Assembly: GCF_006345805.1 (NCBI RefSeq)
Contig: NC_043004.1
Location: 26,412,001 to 26,476,000, forward strand
DNA length: 64,000 bases
Reading direction: 5' to 3'
From: Octopus sinensis
Lineage: Eukaryota
The notes beneath the pieces are model-generated. The model did not search any database, was not told the origin of the DNA, and saw only the letters and a program-made list of their open reading frames with translations. Below are positions 63,491-64,000 of this stretch, in pieces. Position numbers and translations under genes: made by a program. Within the stretch, counting starts at the first letter, position 1, and the number at the start of each line of letters is the position of its first letter.

Positions 63491-64000
63491 TTGTATATAA
63501 ATAAAAGTGAATGCCGAGTGAAGTAGTGAGGGAAAACGCAGTACGGAAGGTTAGGAGAAACAGTTCACTGACAGCAGACAACAACTTTACAAGAAAACGT
63601 AAACAAGTATGTTAACCTTGATTTATTTTGAACTCTCTCGCTCTCTCTCTCTCTTTCTCTCTCTCTCTCTATATATATATATTATATAATAAAATGTAAC
63701 AACAAAACTCAATATATATAATATGTATGTATGTCTGTAACGCTTACTGCTGTTTCAGGTGATTTGCCGAAATATTGATAGCAAACGCGCGCACGCACAC
63801 ACACTCACTCTCTCTCTCTCTTTCTCTCTCTTTCTCTCACCCACTCATGCACTGACGCATCTTGCGCAATATAACCGTCACGTGTGTATATATAATATAT
63901 ATATATATATTATATATATATATATATATATAATATATATATATATATTATGTCTTGAACGTATTAAGAATAAATGTGTATCGCGTGTGTGTGTGTGTGT

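Overview
AT-rich, microsatellite-dense animal genomic DNA. The SINE families and repeat content look like an octopus (coleoid cephalopod) genome; this is inference from recognised repeats, not a database match. One protein-coding gene can be assembled by hand on the + strand from 11 coding exons (2018-33024, 1947 nt, 648 aa, consistent splice phases). Its order is signal peptide, von Willebrand A domain with intact MIDAS, Thr/Ser-rich linker, chitin-binding type-2/Cys-rich modules, then a laminin-G/ConA-like domain: the Pif/BMSP-like architecture of molluscan shell-matrix proteins. One intron probably uses a GC donor. Nearly everything else is transposon-derived: mariner and maT-type elements, Helitrons, MULE and MULE-like MITEs, a hAT MITE, a Chapaev3-type element, RTE, Tx1 and R4/Dong-like LINE fragments, several Penelope-like elements, Gypsy gag remnants, a non-autonomous LTR element and three tRNA-derived SINE families. 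There is also an intronic 28S rRNA fragment. The most unusual structure is a Penelope-like insertion (36.8-37.7 kb) whose inverted terminal repeats each combine a tRNA-derived Pol III head, a microsatellite and a minimal hammerhead ribozyme motif. No CRISPR array or intact tRNA gene was found.
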